A stretch of 64,000 bases of DNA from Candidatus Latescibacterota bacterium (GTDB taxonomy: Bacteria > Latescibacterota > UBA2968 > UBA8231): assembly GCA_965248265.1 (NCBI GenBank), contig CBDFJF010000002.1:1056001-1120000 (forward strand). The letters are read 5' to 3'. Both the position numbers and the translations under genes were made by a program. The notes beneath the pieces were generated by a model. That model was not told the DNA's origin and ran no database searches. It saw only the letters and a list, made by a program, of their open reading frames with translations. This document shows, piece after piece, positions 17,955-27,895 of the stretch (positions are counted from its first letter, which is position 1; every line of letters begins with the position of its first letter).

Positions 17955-19742
17955 CTACTCCTGCCTTGGGCTTTGCCGGGTAGCGAGCCTCAACCGACGG
18001 CGCACGGGGCTCCAGCCTTCGATGAACGGACCTACCGAGACTTCATCTCCCGTGTACGGACGACCGAAGTAATCGAGACTCAGCAGCTCTTCGCGGCCCA
18101 CCATCAGGACGGCATCGGTGGGTGATGACCACTCCAACCCCTGGTCATCACCGATAGCGATGTCGAGCGCCATCGTCGTGCTGTGGGTGTCCTGGCCATT
18201 CGCCTGCCAGTCGCCCAGGCTGAAGTCCTCACCCATGTCGGAGAAGATGTTGTAGTCGGAGACATTCTCTTTGGCGAACTCGAAACCAACCGGGCACTGT
18301 GCGATGATGTTGTTGATGATGCGGTTGTGCTTGCAGACGCCCACCCGGTCCCGCTTCGGATTCTTCGACATGCGAATCCCGGGAAGACCGCAATTCAGTA
18401 TCAGATTGTGGGCAATCAGGACCTGATCAATGTCCTGCGGGAAGACGCCACTGCCCCCTATCACGTTGTAGATGATGTTGTGGTCGATGAGGCAGAGGAA
18501 ATTCGATTTCTCGGGGAAGATCGCGCCACTGGTGACGGCAATGTCGTGCACGAGGTTCCGGCATACACGGGTATTCCAGTTCCACACATCGATCCAGATG
18601 GCGGGAGCCGCAACGATGTCGTGAAAGTGATTGCACTGCAACAAACAGTCGGCAGTGTAGACGGTCTTGATGGCTCCCGTGTGCCAGTAGCGCTCGATTT
18701 CCTGCCAGCCACAATCGTGGATGTGGTTGTCGGCGATCAAGGTGCGCGAGACAACGTGGCCCTGGATGCCCCCCGTGCCGCAGTCGTGGATCTCATTGCG
18801 CAGTACCAGGTGGTCGCCGGTGCCTTTCCGTGCTTCCTCCATGGCTATGCTGTCTGATTCTTTGTCGGTGCGCGCGCCGATCTCGAGGCCCACAGCATTG
18901 ATTTGACGGATGATGTTGTCCTCGATGATCCAGTGGTGCCCACCCCAGGTCGTCACGGCGCCGTTGCCGTAACACATGAAGCCGTTGCCCGCATGCTCGA
19001 AGGTCAAGCCTTTTAATCGTATGTACCCCAACCCCGCCACCTGGGGCTGGAAGAGGAACTGCTGGGTCGTGGCCTCCATTTGACAGGTGTTGGGGTCGGC
19101 GCGGTCGAAGGGTTTCACGTGGAGTTTGCGGTGTTCGGCATCAATCCAGAACGTGCCGGCGACCTGGGGCAATTCATCGTGGGTCCCAAGTTGAATCAGA
19201 CGCTGACCGTCCTGGAAGACCATCGCCCGGGGCAAGGTGTGCGGGACCCGTCCGAGCTCCGCGTGCGCCCATGGCATGCTCTCGAAATCCTCCTCCGTGG
19301 TGCAGACGACGGCAAAAGGATGGTCCCCTTCGAAGAAGGCCTCGGGCAGCTCCGCCATCCACACACTGACCGAGCGGGCCACGTCTGAACCCGTCCACGG
19401 GCTCAGCACCTGCGAACCGCGGATGGTGGCGTCAGCCCCCGGCGCGGCCTCGAAACTGATCATGCCATCCGTCCCCGTACCGCCTTGTCGGGGCTGGACC
19501 AACTCCCGGTAGACGCCCGACTTGATCAGAACCTTTTCGCCCGGCCCGACGACCTCGGCGGCTGCCTGGATGGTGACAAACGGCGCCTCTTCGGTACCCT
19601 GGTTGTCGTCTGCCGCGTCGGGGTGCTGCTGATCCACGTAGTAGACTTTGCGGTAATCTGTCTCATCCTGCCAGATCTGGAACGGTGTCCCGTCCGGAAG
19701 AAGCGTTGGAACGTCTTTCTCAATACTCGAGCGCGTCGTCAT
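17955..19742 (-). CDS. Right-handed parallel beta-helix protein (DUF1565-type N-terminus; pectin-lyase-like fold)
   Basis: YYVD..ADDNQGTEEAPFVTIQAAA..PGEKVLIKSGVYRE, followed by repeated IxxNxIHD beta-helix turns. Confidence 0.8.
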   Translation of the reverse strand: MTTRSSIEKDVPTLLPDGTPFQIWQDETDYRKVYYVDQQHPDAADDNQGTEEAPFVTIQAAAEVVGPGEKVLIKSGVYRELVQPRQGGTGTDGMISFEAAPGADATIRGSQVLSPWTGSDVARSVSVWMAELPEAFFEGDHPFAVVCTTEEDFESMPWAHAELGRVPHTLPRAMVFQDGQRLIQLGTHDELPQVAGTFWIDAEHRKLHVKPFDRADPNTCQMEATTQQFLFQPQVAGLGYIRLKGLTFEHAGNGFMCYGNGAVTTWGGHHWIIEDNIIRQINAVGLEIGARTDKESDSIAMEEARKGTGDHLVLRNEIHDCGTGGIQGHVVSRTLIADNHIHDCGWQEIERYWHTGAIKTVYTADCLLQCNHFHDIVAAPAIWIDVWNWNTRVCRNLVHDIAVTSGAIFPEKSNFLCLIDHNIIYNVIGGSGVFPQDIDQVLIAHNLILNCGLPGIRMSKNPKRDRVGVCKHNRIINNIIAQCPVGFEFAKENVSDYNIFSDMGEDFSLGDWQANGQDTHSTTMALDIAIGDDQGLEWSSPTDAVLMVGREELLSLDYFGRPYTGDEVSVGPFIEGWSPVRRRLRLATRQSPRQE

Positions 19743-19805
19743 TTTCTATCTGTCCCTTATCATCAGATAACGTCAACCATCAGATAACTTCATAACGTTT
19801 CGTCA

Positions 19806-21248
19806 TCACATCTCCACGTCGTGCCACGGCATCTCTGCGTGCCAGGCCTCAAGACGAGCTCGAAGGTCGGCGGCTACCTTGCGTTGCGCGCCGGGGATAT
19901 CGTCGAGCTGGTAGGGGTCCTGCCGCAGATCGTAGAAGCAGGACTCGGTTTCGGTGATGCGACGCTCGTCCTCATCGAGCCTCATCCCGTACGTGTGGGA
20001 GGTCGTGCGCACACCGATGTCGCCGCGGGTCGTTTCAATGAAAGCCTGATCAGGCGCAGGCCCGTCGCCGCACAGCGCCGGGACCAGGCTATGCCCCTGC
20101 ACACTGTCCGGCACCTGTGCACCGGCCAATTCGAGCACCGTCGGCATGACGTCGACGAGGGAGGCCACGCCATCTTCGCAGACGCGGCTGCGCCAGCGGG
20201 ATGGGCAGTGCCACACCATGGGGACACGGATCGATTCTTCGATCAATCGCCCCTTGTTGAACAGGCCGTGGCTGCCCAGGTTGTCGCCGTGGTCGGAGAT
20301 GAAGAGGATGATGGTGTCGCGGTCGAGGCCATGCGTCTGGAGGCCGGCCGTGAGCCGGCCCACCATGTCGTCGACCCAGCTCGTCAGGCCGTAGTAGCGG
20401 GCAATTAGGTGGCGGAGCGTGAAACCCTCGGGCAGGTGCTCGGTGTGGGCCTCATGCTCCTGGTAGTAGATGAAATCCCAGAGATAGATTTTGAACCAGT
20501 CTTCGTCGTAGGGCAGGCTGCCGTCGGCGCGCCATACATTGTCGCGCAGCGGCACCTCCTCCGGGGCATACATGCGCAGGTACTCCTCCGGCGCGTCGTC
20601 CAGGGGCATGTGCGGCGGCGAGATGGAATAGAAGAGGAAGAACGGCTTGTCCTGCCCGGCGACGCTGTTGAGATAATCAGCGACGGCACGGGACTCGTAA
20701 TCGACGCTGAATCCGTCGACCAGCTCGCCCTCACCCATGTTCTCGACAAAGGTCTGGCCCGTGTGTCGATGATGGACGCGGGGATAGAGGCTGTAGTCGA
20801 AGCCGGTCTGCGGCGGTGACGGCTGGACGTGCCACTTGCCGATGAGGGTGGTCTCGTAGCCGACGGCCTTGAGCTGCTCCGGCAGGGTCGGGTCCACGAG
20901 AAATCGGCGAGCCTCCTCCGGGTACTCCGGCACGTTGAATCGGTCTGGCCCCCCAGGATCCTTGTAGTTGCCGAGGAAGCCGTTACAGGTGCGGCTGTAC
21001 TGCCCGCTCAGCAGGCAGGAGCGCGCCGCCATGCAGACCGGATTGTTGCTGACGGCGTGCTCGAAGCGCACCCCTTCGACGGCGAGCCGATCGATGTGCG
21101 GGGTACGGATCACGTCGTTACCGTAGCATCCCACCTCGAAAGACCGCAGCTGGTCGCACATCACGACGATGATGTTGGGCCGCTCCAGGACATTGCCGAC
21201 TCCGCGGCCGTTCACTCCTTCCGTTCCCATCACAGATCCCTTCGTCAT
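19806..21248 (-). CDS. Formylglycine-dependent sulfatase
   Basis: RPNIIVVMCDQLR, NPVCMAARSCLLSG, IGKWH, PPHMP, SDHGD and YDLRQDPYQ. The ATG overlaps the upstream stop (TAATG). The ORF-track extension to 22079 is spurious. Confidence 0.9.
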   Translation of the reverse strand: MTKGSVMGTEGVNGRGVGNVLERPNIIVVMCDQLRSFEVGCYGNDVIRTPHIDRLAVEGVRFEHAVSNNPVCMAARSCLLSGQYSRTCNGFLGNYKDPGGPDRFNVPEYPEEARRFLVDPTLPEQLKAVGYETTLIGKWHVQPSPPQTGFDYSLYPRVHHRHTGQTFVENMGEGELVDGFSVDYESRAVADYLNSVAGQDKPFFLFYSISPPHMPLDDAPEEYLRMYAPEEVPLRDNVWRADGSLPYDEDWFKIYLWDFIYYQEHEAHTEHLPEGFTLRHLIARYYGLTSWVDDMVGRLTAGLQTHGLDRDTIILFISDHGDNLGSHGLFNKGRLIEESIRVPMVWHCPSRWRSRVCEDGVASLVDVMPTVLELAGAQVPDSVQGHSLVPALCGDGPAPDQAFIETTRGDIGVRTTSHTYGMRLDEDERRITETESCFYDLRQDPYQLDDIPGAQRKVAADLRARLEAWHAEMPWHDVEM

Positions 21249-23221
21249 TAGTACATCATGCTCAGGCCGTTTCCCATCATCCCAGTGAAATAGTCGACGA
21301 TGAGCCAGAATCCCCCGGCCACGAACTGACCCAGGATCAACCCGTAGAACACGGGAATGAGGGCGCGGTAAGCTTTGAGACCACCGTACTTCAAGAGGAC
21401 AGACTTGAGCATCCAGGCCAGGAAGATCGGAAACCAGGCCGTACCCATCACCCTGTCCATACTGGCCACGAAGCCAAGAGGATGCAACGGCCACCACAGG
21501 AACCGGCGCTGCAGCATGATCAAACCGGCCATCACTCCGCCTCCCAGCAGCCGGATGAACCATCCCAGCCAGTTCGGTCCGGCATTCTCCTCGACCCGGC
21601 GTCCGACGTACTCCCAGGTAAAGTCCGGCAACCCGGCGAGGGAACCGTCTACATTGATGCCTCCCTCTCGATACGCTATCGACAGCGTCATCCAGAAGGT
21701 GCTGAATGCGGAAATCCCGATCGCGATCGCCAACGCCAGCAGCAACCAGTGCTTGCGATAGGCGATTTCCCCGCTCAGCTTCAACCCCGTGGCGGCATGT
21801 ACCATCATCGAGCTCTGCACGGATTCCGTCCATATGACGGTCGGTCCCATTGCCGCGATCCCGGTAGGACTTACGTACTTTGCCCCAATTCCCGAGATCA
21901 CGAAGTCCAGTGGGATATTGCGCGGAAACACTATGGGCAATCCGGCCTCGGCGATGATGCGCGTGAGGCTGACAAAGGTCACCAACGCGCCAAATAGAAA
22001 CAGCAACCCCGCCCACAGGGGCAATCCCGCGTGCCACAGCCACAGATTCATCCCGACCAGTCCGAGCATCACTCCCCACACCGCAGTGCGGTAGGACATG
22101 ATTTCATCAGAATCGTCCACCGAATCATCCCCTCGAAAGGCCTTGCGGAAAACATGTCGCAGATGCCCGCGGGCGATCCAGAGTCCGAACAGGACCATCG
22201 CCATCATGGCCCCGATGCTCTGGTGAGCCAGGATTCCCCTGACGCCGCCGCCGCCACCATAGTTGGACAGCGCCTCTCCGAGGCCCGCCCCCGTCAACGT
22301 CAGTATCCCCTCCTCCATCGTCCGCAGCAGGGTGAACACCCACATCCCGAGCATGACGTCCGGTTTGAGGAAATACGCGAACCCCAGGATCATCAGATTC
22401 AGATAAAAGGAAACACTGAGGACACCTCGCCACAGCGTGATGTTCCCGAAATTGGCTGGAATCACGGGTACGAAAGGGAAGTAGTGGTTGAGGGCATTGA
22501 GGCTCTCGCGGGTGAACGCCAGCAGCAGGCCTACCCACATCAATGGGCTCTTGAAGAACGGCGCTACCAGCGATCCGCGAGACGGCGACTCCGCCATGGC
22601 CAGCGGAACCTTGGTGATAGGGTAAATGAGATGCTCGTTCTCGACCCACTGGCGGCGGAGGATGACCATAGCGCAGATGCTGAACATCCACAGCGCCGCC
22701 ATAAACGCCAGCCACCACAGAAGCGGCGGCAGCCACATGTCCCAGGGAATGGACTCCCCGTCCGGCAAGCCTTCGAAAAACCACCGGATTCCCAGTTCAT
22801 CGTGGGGGACCAGCCAATCCGCCACGTAGGGGTGAACCCGGTCCACCCACTCGTTCTCCGGCTTCGCCAGGTAGAATACCCCGGCCGTGGATCCCAACAG
22901 CATCATGCAGAAGCCGTTGCGCTCGCCTCCCGCGAAGGCCGTGGCCACGACCATCATGATGTAGATGGTCAGCAACTCCCCCTTGCCCAGGACCAACTTC
23001 CGGTGAATGAGCCCCAACAACACCTGGACGAAACAGACCCACACGAAGAACAGGAAAAACGCGGCGGGACCATTCAACGCACTCATGTGGCTGCCCATGA
23101 TGACGTACGCACCATAGGGCTCGCCCACGCCGATCAACAGACTGAGTGCTGCTCCGATGATCAGAGAGCGCGGCGTCACCCCCGACGCAGGTGCCGGCTG
23201 TATTTCCGTTGTCCCTGACAA
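21248..23221 (-). CDS. DUF6785/DUF6784-type polytopic membrane protein (putative transporter)
   Basis: GVTPRSLIIG, ELLTIYIM, LRRQWVENEHLIYPI, RIIAEAG, WWPLHPLGF and KYGG..YR..P.F.GLILG motifs, with many TM helices. Confidence 0.75.
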   Translation of the reverse strand: MSGTTEIQPAPASGVTPRSLIIGAALSLLIGVGEPYGAYVIMGSHMSALNGPAAFFLFFVWVCFVQVLLGLIHRKLVLGKGELLTIYIMMVVATAFAGGERNGFCMMLLGSTAGVFYLAKPENEWVDRVHPYVADWLVPHDELGIRWFFEGLPDGESIPWDMWLPPLLWWLAFMAALWMFSICAMVILRRQWVENEHLIYPITKVPLAMAESPSRGSLVAPFFKSPLMWVGLLLAFTRESLNALNHYFPFVPVIPANFGNITLWRGVLSVSFYLNLMILGFAYFLKPDVMLGMWVFTLLRTMEEGILTLTGAGLGEALSNYGGGGGVRGILAHQSIGAMMAMVLFGLWIARGHLRHVFRKAFRGDDSVDDSDEIMSYRTAVWGVMLGLVGMNLWLWHAGLPLWAGLLFLFGALVTFVSLTRIIAEAGLPIVFPRNIPLDFVISGIGAKYVSPTGIAAMGPTVIWTESVQSSMMVHAATGLKLSGEIAYRKHWLLLALAIAIGISAFSTFWMTLSIAYREGGINVDGSLAGLPDFTWEYVGRRVEENAGPNWLGWFIRLLGGGVMAGLIMLQRRFLWWPLHPLGFVASMDRVMGTAWFPIFLAWMLKSVLLKYGGLKAYRALIPVFYGLILGQFVAGGFWLIVDYFTGMMGNGLSMMY

Positions 23222-23449
23222 ACCCAGTGGTCGTTCGCCTGTCTCTGATAATGTGTTACCTATCCACGCGCTCGGTTGAGGATAGACCGGCCTCCCTCAC
23301 GAGTCCAGCGCGCACCTGGGCCAACCTGTTCTGGAGAGCGAAGGCGAAGCTGACTACATTCCGTGGCGTTCGAGGGCCAGCGCGGATCCCGAATTCCCCA
23401 ACGCTAAAGACCCAGTTTCACCGTTCATCGAACTGCAGGAGACCAACCG

Positions 23450-24358
23450 ATGGAGCATCGTCAGCTTGGTAAAGAAGGCCCGCAGATACCTGTCGTGGGG
23501 TTGGGTGCGTTCCCTCTTGGCGGCGCCATGGGGCGCTTGGACGAACAGATCGCCATCGACACCGTCCGCGCTGCCATCGACAGCGGCATCACGCTGATCG
23601 ATACGGCCCGTGGTTACCAGACCAGTGAAGAGACGATTGGCAAGGCGCTCAAGGCAGGCTACCGGGATCGATGCTTCCTGGCTACGAAGGTGAGCGGGGA
23701 TTTCTCGCGCGAGGGCATCGTTTCCTCCATGGAGGACAGTCTTCGGGCGCTGGAAATCGACCACATGGATCTCTACCAGATTCACCGCTGGGATCCAGAG
23801 TATCCGATGGAAGAAAGCATGGAGGCGTTGGCCGGGTTGCAGGCTGATAGCAAAACCCGGTACATCGGTGTCTGCAATTCTGACGTGCAGCAGATGGGTC
23901 AAGCCATGCAGGTCGCTCCGTTCCAATCCAATCAAATCCGCTATAATTTGTTCGACCGCCGCATCGAAGCCGAGGACCTGCCGCATTGTGAGCGCGAGGA
24001 CATCGGTGTGCTCACTCACAGCACCTTGGCCAAGGGACTCCTCGCAGGCCGCTACGGCACCGACTACAGGTTTCCAACGGACGACATGCGCTCCGGATCC
24101 GAGAAATTCCAGGGAGCCATGCTTGCCCGTTTTGTGGCCGCGGCCGATCGATTGAAGGAAGTAGCCGGCGACAAAGGGCTCAGCCTGGTGCAGCTGTCCA
24201 TTGCCTGGGCACTGCGATTGCCTGCGATCACCGCCGTGTTGGTTGGCGCCAAGACTCCGGCTCAGGTCGAGGATTACGCCGGAGGAGTGGGTGTAACATT
24301 CAATGCTGATGAAGTGGATCGTATAGAAGAGATTCTCGCAGAGGCCCCCGACTACTGA
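23450..24358 (+). CDS. Aldo/keto reductase
   Basis: IDTARGY, LATK, DLYQIH, IGVCN, NQIRYNL and LAKGLL. Confidence 0.9.
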   Translation: MEHRQLGKEGPQIPVVGLGAFPLGGAMGRLDEQIAIDTVRAAIDSGITLIDTARGYQTSEETIGKALKAGYRDRCFLATKVSGDFSREGIVSSMEDSLRALEIDHMDLYQIHRWDPEYPMEESMEALAGLQADSKTRYIGVCNSDVQQMGQAMQVAPFQSNQIRYNLFDRRIEAEDLPHCEREDIGVLTHSTLAKGLLAGRYGTDYRFPTDDMRSGSEKFQGAMLARFVAAADRLKEVAGDKGLSLVQLSIAWALRLPAITAVLVGAKTPAQVEDYAGGVGVTFNADEVDRIEEILAEAPDY

Positions 24359-24419
24359 GACGCCGAGGCATCGATGGCCGCGCATCGACCCGCGGTGTCC
24401 ATTTACTTAAGGTTGTGAT

Positions 24420-25499
24420 ATGAAAATAACGAAGATCGAACTCTTTCCGGTTGGAACACGACGCGAGACCCTCAGTCTCAGCCCGCACATCATCATCACG
24501 ATGGCGACCGACGAGGGCCATGTGGGTATCGGAGAAATGTCCGATCTGGGTCACAACCCCATTTTCCCAGACGTCGATCGACTCGACTATCTGCTCAACG
24601 AACGGCTCAAGGGTGTCGATCCGTTCGATCCTGAGAGGATCGATCCAGTCGTAGACGGGCTCGCCAGTCCGCTGGGCGCGGGCATTGACGTAGCCATCCA
24701 CGACCTGCGGGGCAAGATCCTCGGCGTTCCCGTTCACGATCTCTACGGTGGTGCGTACCGTGACCGGCACAAGATCTGCTATCCGATCTTTCGCCAGTCC
24801 GACGCATCCGAGATCGATCCCAACATCGACCGCGTCACCCGTATGCTGGAGCTCGGGTTCGATCTCTTCCGTGTCTATGTGGGTGGCAATGTCGACGTGG
24901 ATGAGCGCTTTTTCCACAAACTCCGGGACCTTCACGGTGACAAGGTCAGGATCAAGTCCCTCGACTTCAGCAAAACGTTGGGTTGGAAGGAATGCGCCGC
25001 CGCCGTCGACCGACTCGACTGGGTCAATCCGATGCTGGTGGAGAGTCCGGCGCCGGACATTCCAGGTAAGGCCATGGTGCGGGAGCGGGTCCGCTTTCCG
25101 ATCAGCGAACACTGCGAAAGTGGAGCCCAGGCAATCGCGTTTGCCGAAGGGCAGGCCGTCGACATCCTCAACCTGGCCGTCTGCAACCACGGAATTCGCC
25201 GTGCTCGAAATCTGTTCTCATTGGCTGAGACCCTGGGGCTCAAGACGCTGATAGGCACGACGCAGGAGCTTTCGATCGGCACTGCCGCGCAGGCTCACCT
25301 CGGGGCATCGGTCGCCAACCTCGATTACCCGGGGGATGCGGCCGGGGCCCAACTGTACCTCGATGACGTGGTCGCGGATCGGGTTCAGTATGACCACGGC
25401 CATCTGGTGGTCCCGACAGGATCGGGGCTGGGTATGGAGCTCGAGGAGGGGAGCTTGACCAAGCTCACCGACCGCACCTGGGAGTTCATGAAGAAGTAA
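24420..25499 (+). CDS. Mandelate racemase/muconate lactonizing enzyme (enolase superfamily)
   Basis: MKITKIE, TDEGHVGIGE, IDVAIHDLRGKILGVPVHDLYGG and VPTGSGLG. Confidence 0.85.
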   Translation: MKITKIELFPVGTRRETLSLSPHIIITMATDEGHVGIGEMSDLGHNPIFPDVDRLDYLLNERLKGVDPFDPERIDPVVDGLASPLGAGIDVAIHDLRGKILGVPVHDLYGGAYRDRHKICYPIFRQSDASEIDPNIDRVTRMLELGFDLFRVYVGGNVDVDERFFHKLRDLHGDKVRIKSLDFSKTLGWKECAAAVDRLDWVNPMLVESPAPDIPGKAMVRERVRFPISEHCESGAQAIAFAEGQAVDILNLAVCNHGIRRARNLFSLAETLGLKTLIGTTQELSIGTAAQAHLGASVANLDYPGDAAGAQLYLDDVVADRVQYDHGHLVVPTGSGLGMELEEGSLTKLTDRTWEFMKK

Positions 25500-25642
25500 G
25501 CCGTCGGCAAGAAACGCAGCAGCATCCAAAGCCACTTTGCTGTGCCTGGCTATTGTCTCTGCTTAATGCCCGCAAGGTCAACAGTGAGGAACTGAGTGGA
25601 GGTAGTAATCACTGGGTTGAAGCGGCTGAACCGGGCAGCGTG

Positions 25643-26404
25643 ATGTCCATCGTTACGTTGACCACCGATTTCGGCTGGCAAGATGGTTATGTGGGTGCGA
25701 TGAAGGGCGTAATCGCATCCCTTGCACCGGACGCGAAAATAGTAGACATCGCCCACGAAGTCCCAGCTCAAGACATCCCAGCTGGGGCCTACATACTGAG
25801 TCAGGCGGCGCCGCACTTTCCCGAAAACACAATTCATCTAGCGGTGGTGGATCCAGGCGTCGGCAGCGAGCGCGTCGGGATCATCTTGCGTGCAGGCCAA
25901 CACTGGTATGTCGGCCCAGACAACGGCTTGTTTGACTTGGTTGCCCCAAAACCCAACGAGGCCTACCAAATCAAGGACGAGCCGTTTCGAATCTCGACGC
26001 CTTCCTCTACGTTTCATGGCCGGGACATCTTTGCAGTTGCCGCGGCCCAACTTGCGCTCGGAACGCCTGCCCATCAGGCCGGGCCGCCGTGTTTCCGTCA
26101 CCCCTCGAGCACAGTGTATGCCGCCCAAGTTGTGCACATCGACCGCTACGGAAACATCATCACCAATCTGCGCGGCGCGGATCTGGCACCGGGGAAATCG
26201 TTCTGTGTAGGAGATAAGCTCACCGCTGAAATCCGCTCCACTTATGCCGCGGTGGAGATCGGCCAACCAGTAGCCTACGTGGGCTCGGCCGGAACGCTCG
26301 AGTTCGCGATCCGCAACGGCAATGCGGCTCAAGAATTCTCGTTGACGCGCGGAATGCCCGTCTTCGAAGTCAACACTGAGATGAATCCAAAGCCGCATGC
26401 ATGA
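25643..26404 (+). CDS. SAM hydroxide adenosyltransferase (DUF62; chlorinase/fluorinase superfamily)
   Basis: LTTDFG, VVDPGVG, GPDNGL, STFHGRDIFA and IDRYGNIITN. Confidence 0.9.
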   Translation: MSIVTLTTDFGWQDGYVGAMKGVIASLAPDAKIVDIAHEVPAQDIPAGAYILSQAAPHFPENTIHLAVVDPGVGSERVGIILRAGQHWYVGPDNGLFDLVAPKPNEAYQIKDEPFRISTPSSTFHGRDIFAVAAAQLALGTPAHQAGPPCFRHPSSTVYAAQVVHIDRYGNIITNLRGADLAPGKSFCVGDKLTAEIRSTYAAVEIGQPVAYVGSAGTLEFAIRNGNAAQEFSLTRGMPVFEVNTEMNPKPHA

Positions 26405-26434
26405 GGCGGCCGTACCAACGGGGAGAGAGGGGAC

Positions 26435-27895
26435 ATGCACCACACACCCATAGACGTGGGGTCCAGAAAGCAGCTGCTCTTCGACGAGCTGCTCGTTGCG
26501 AGCAAACGCGACATCTCGCTCGTCGTCAATAAACCCTATCAAGACCCTGATCCGGTGCTGGTGGCGGACCGGCCCTGGGAGTCTGGTGGGATCGGCAGCT
26601 ACAACACCGTGATGTGCGAAGACGGTGTCTTCCGAATGTGGTACGATGCCCTGATGAAGCCGGGGGATCGGGGAGCCAGGTTCGACAGGCAACTGTGTTA
26701 CGCCGAGTCCACCGACGGGGTGCACTGGGAAAAACCCGAGCTGGGCTTGATCCGATTTGGCCGTTCCAAACGCAATAACATCGTCAGTCCGCCAAGCGGT
26801 ACCCAGAGTCAGCAGGGCGCCACAGTCTTCCGCGACGATCAGGCGCCCAAAAGCGAGCGCTACAAGGCCTGGACCAAGCTGAACCCGGCGTTCCGGCAGA
26901 CATCATCGACTCGATCGGGTGGGTTGCGCGCACTGGTCTCTCCTGATGGCCTGCGCTGGAAGTTCCTGGACGAAGGCTATCCCCTGCATAAAGGCAACGC
27001 CGCCGACAGCCAGAACATCGCCTTCTGGGATGAGGAACAAGGCTGCTACGTCGCCTACGTGCGCATGAAGCGCTTGCCCAGGGGTCGGGACCGCACCTGC
27101 TGGGTGGGCCGGATGACGTCACGCGATTTCCGCAACTGGACGCGGGCAAAGACCGTCTTCGCGGCGGACAAGACCGACGAGGCGATGCCCCTGCCGGCGG
27201 GCACGAAAGCGCGCCAGCCCGTGCTGGATTTCTATACCCCCGGCGGCATGAAATACCCGGGAGCTCCATCCAGCTACCTGCTCTTCCCCTCGGCCTACCA
27301 CCATTGGGACGAGGGCCGGTTTCCCGGTACCATCGACGTGATCCTGCTTACCAGCCGCGACGGCATTCATTGGCACAGGCCATCCGAGCGAGCCCCCTAC
27401 CTGCGCCTCGGCCTGGACGGGAGCCCGAATTGCGGCATGCTCAACGTCAACCCCTGGCCCATCGTCGTCGGCGACGAGGTCTGGATCTACTACGGTGGTG
27501 TCGGGCGGTCACACCTGGAAGAGAGAACCGATCCGAGTGAGTCGGGCCTTTTTCGCGCCCGCTTACGCCTGGATGGTTTCATGTCTGCCGATGCGCCCGC
27601 CGGCGGCGGGGTCTTTACCACCCCACCCCTCACCTTCGAAGGGGACCGTCTCGAACTCAACGTCGACACCAGTGCCGGCGGATGGGCGCAGGTGGAGATC
27701 CGCAGCGGCAGCGGCCGGCCGCTGTCAGGATTTACCCAGGACGCCTGCGACGTCGTTCGCTCAAACGCAACGCAAAGAATCGTGACCTGGAATGGAAGCT
27801 CCGACTGTTCGGACCTGGCCGGCAAACCGGTGCGCCTGCGATTTACCATGCGCGCGACAAAACTCTACGCCTTTCAGTTTACGTCTTCGCTCTGA
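26435..27895 (+). CDS. Uncharacterised five-bladed beta-propeller (GH32/GH43-like) protein, paralog 1
   Basis: YAESTDGVHWEKPELG..NN, SPDGLRW, DSQN and SRDGIHW Asp-box-like repeats. C-terminal LRLDGF..LELNV..PVRLRF..LYAF beta-sandwich. Confidence 0.75.
   Translation: MHHTPIDVGSRKQLLFDELLVASKRDISLVVNKPYQDPDPVLVADRPWESGGIGSYNTVMCEDGVFRMWYDALMKPGDRGARFDRQLCYAESTDGVHWEKPELGLIRFGRSKRNNIVSPPSGTQSQQGATVFRDDQAPKSERYKAWTKLNPAFRQTSSTRSGGLRALVSPDGLRWKFLDEGYPLHKGNAADSQNIAFWDEEQGCYVAYVRMKRLPRGRDRTCWVGRMTSRDFRNWTRAKTVFAADKTDEAMPLPAGTKARQPVLDFYTPGGMKYPGAPSSYLLFPSAYHHWDEGRFPGTIDVILLTSRDGIHWHRPSERAPYLRLGLDGSPNCGMLNVNPWPIVVGDEVWIYYGGVGRSHLEERTDPSESGLFRARLRLDGFMSADAPAGGGVFTTPPLTFEGDRLELNVDTSAGGWAQVEIRSGSGRPLSGFTQDACDVVRSNATQRIVTWNGSSDCSDLAGKPVRLRFTMRATKLYAFQFTSSL

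Noticed and set aside
21249-22079. N-terminal extension of the sulfatase in the 757-aa ORF
   Set aside because: It is an alternate frame inside the DUF6785 gene. Sulfatase homology starts near 21248-21180.
25643-26404. Fluorinase or chlorinase
   Set aside because: It carries TFHGRD, typical of DUF62 SAM hydroxide adenosyltransferases, and is too short for the fluorinase-specific loop.
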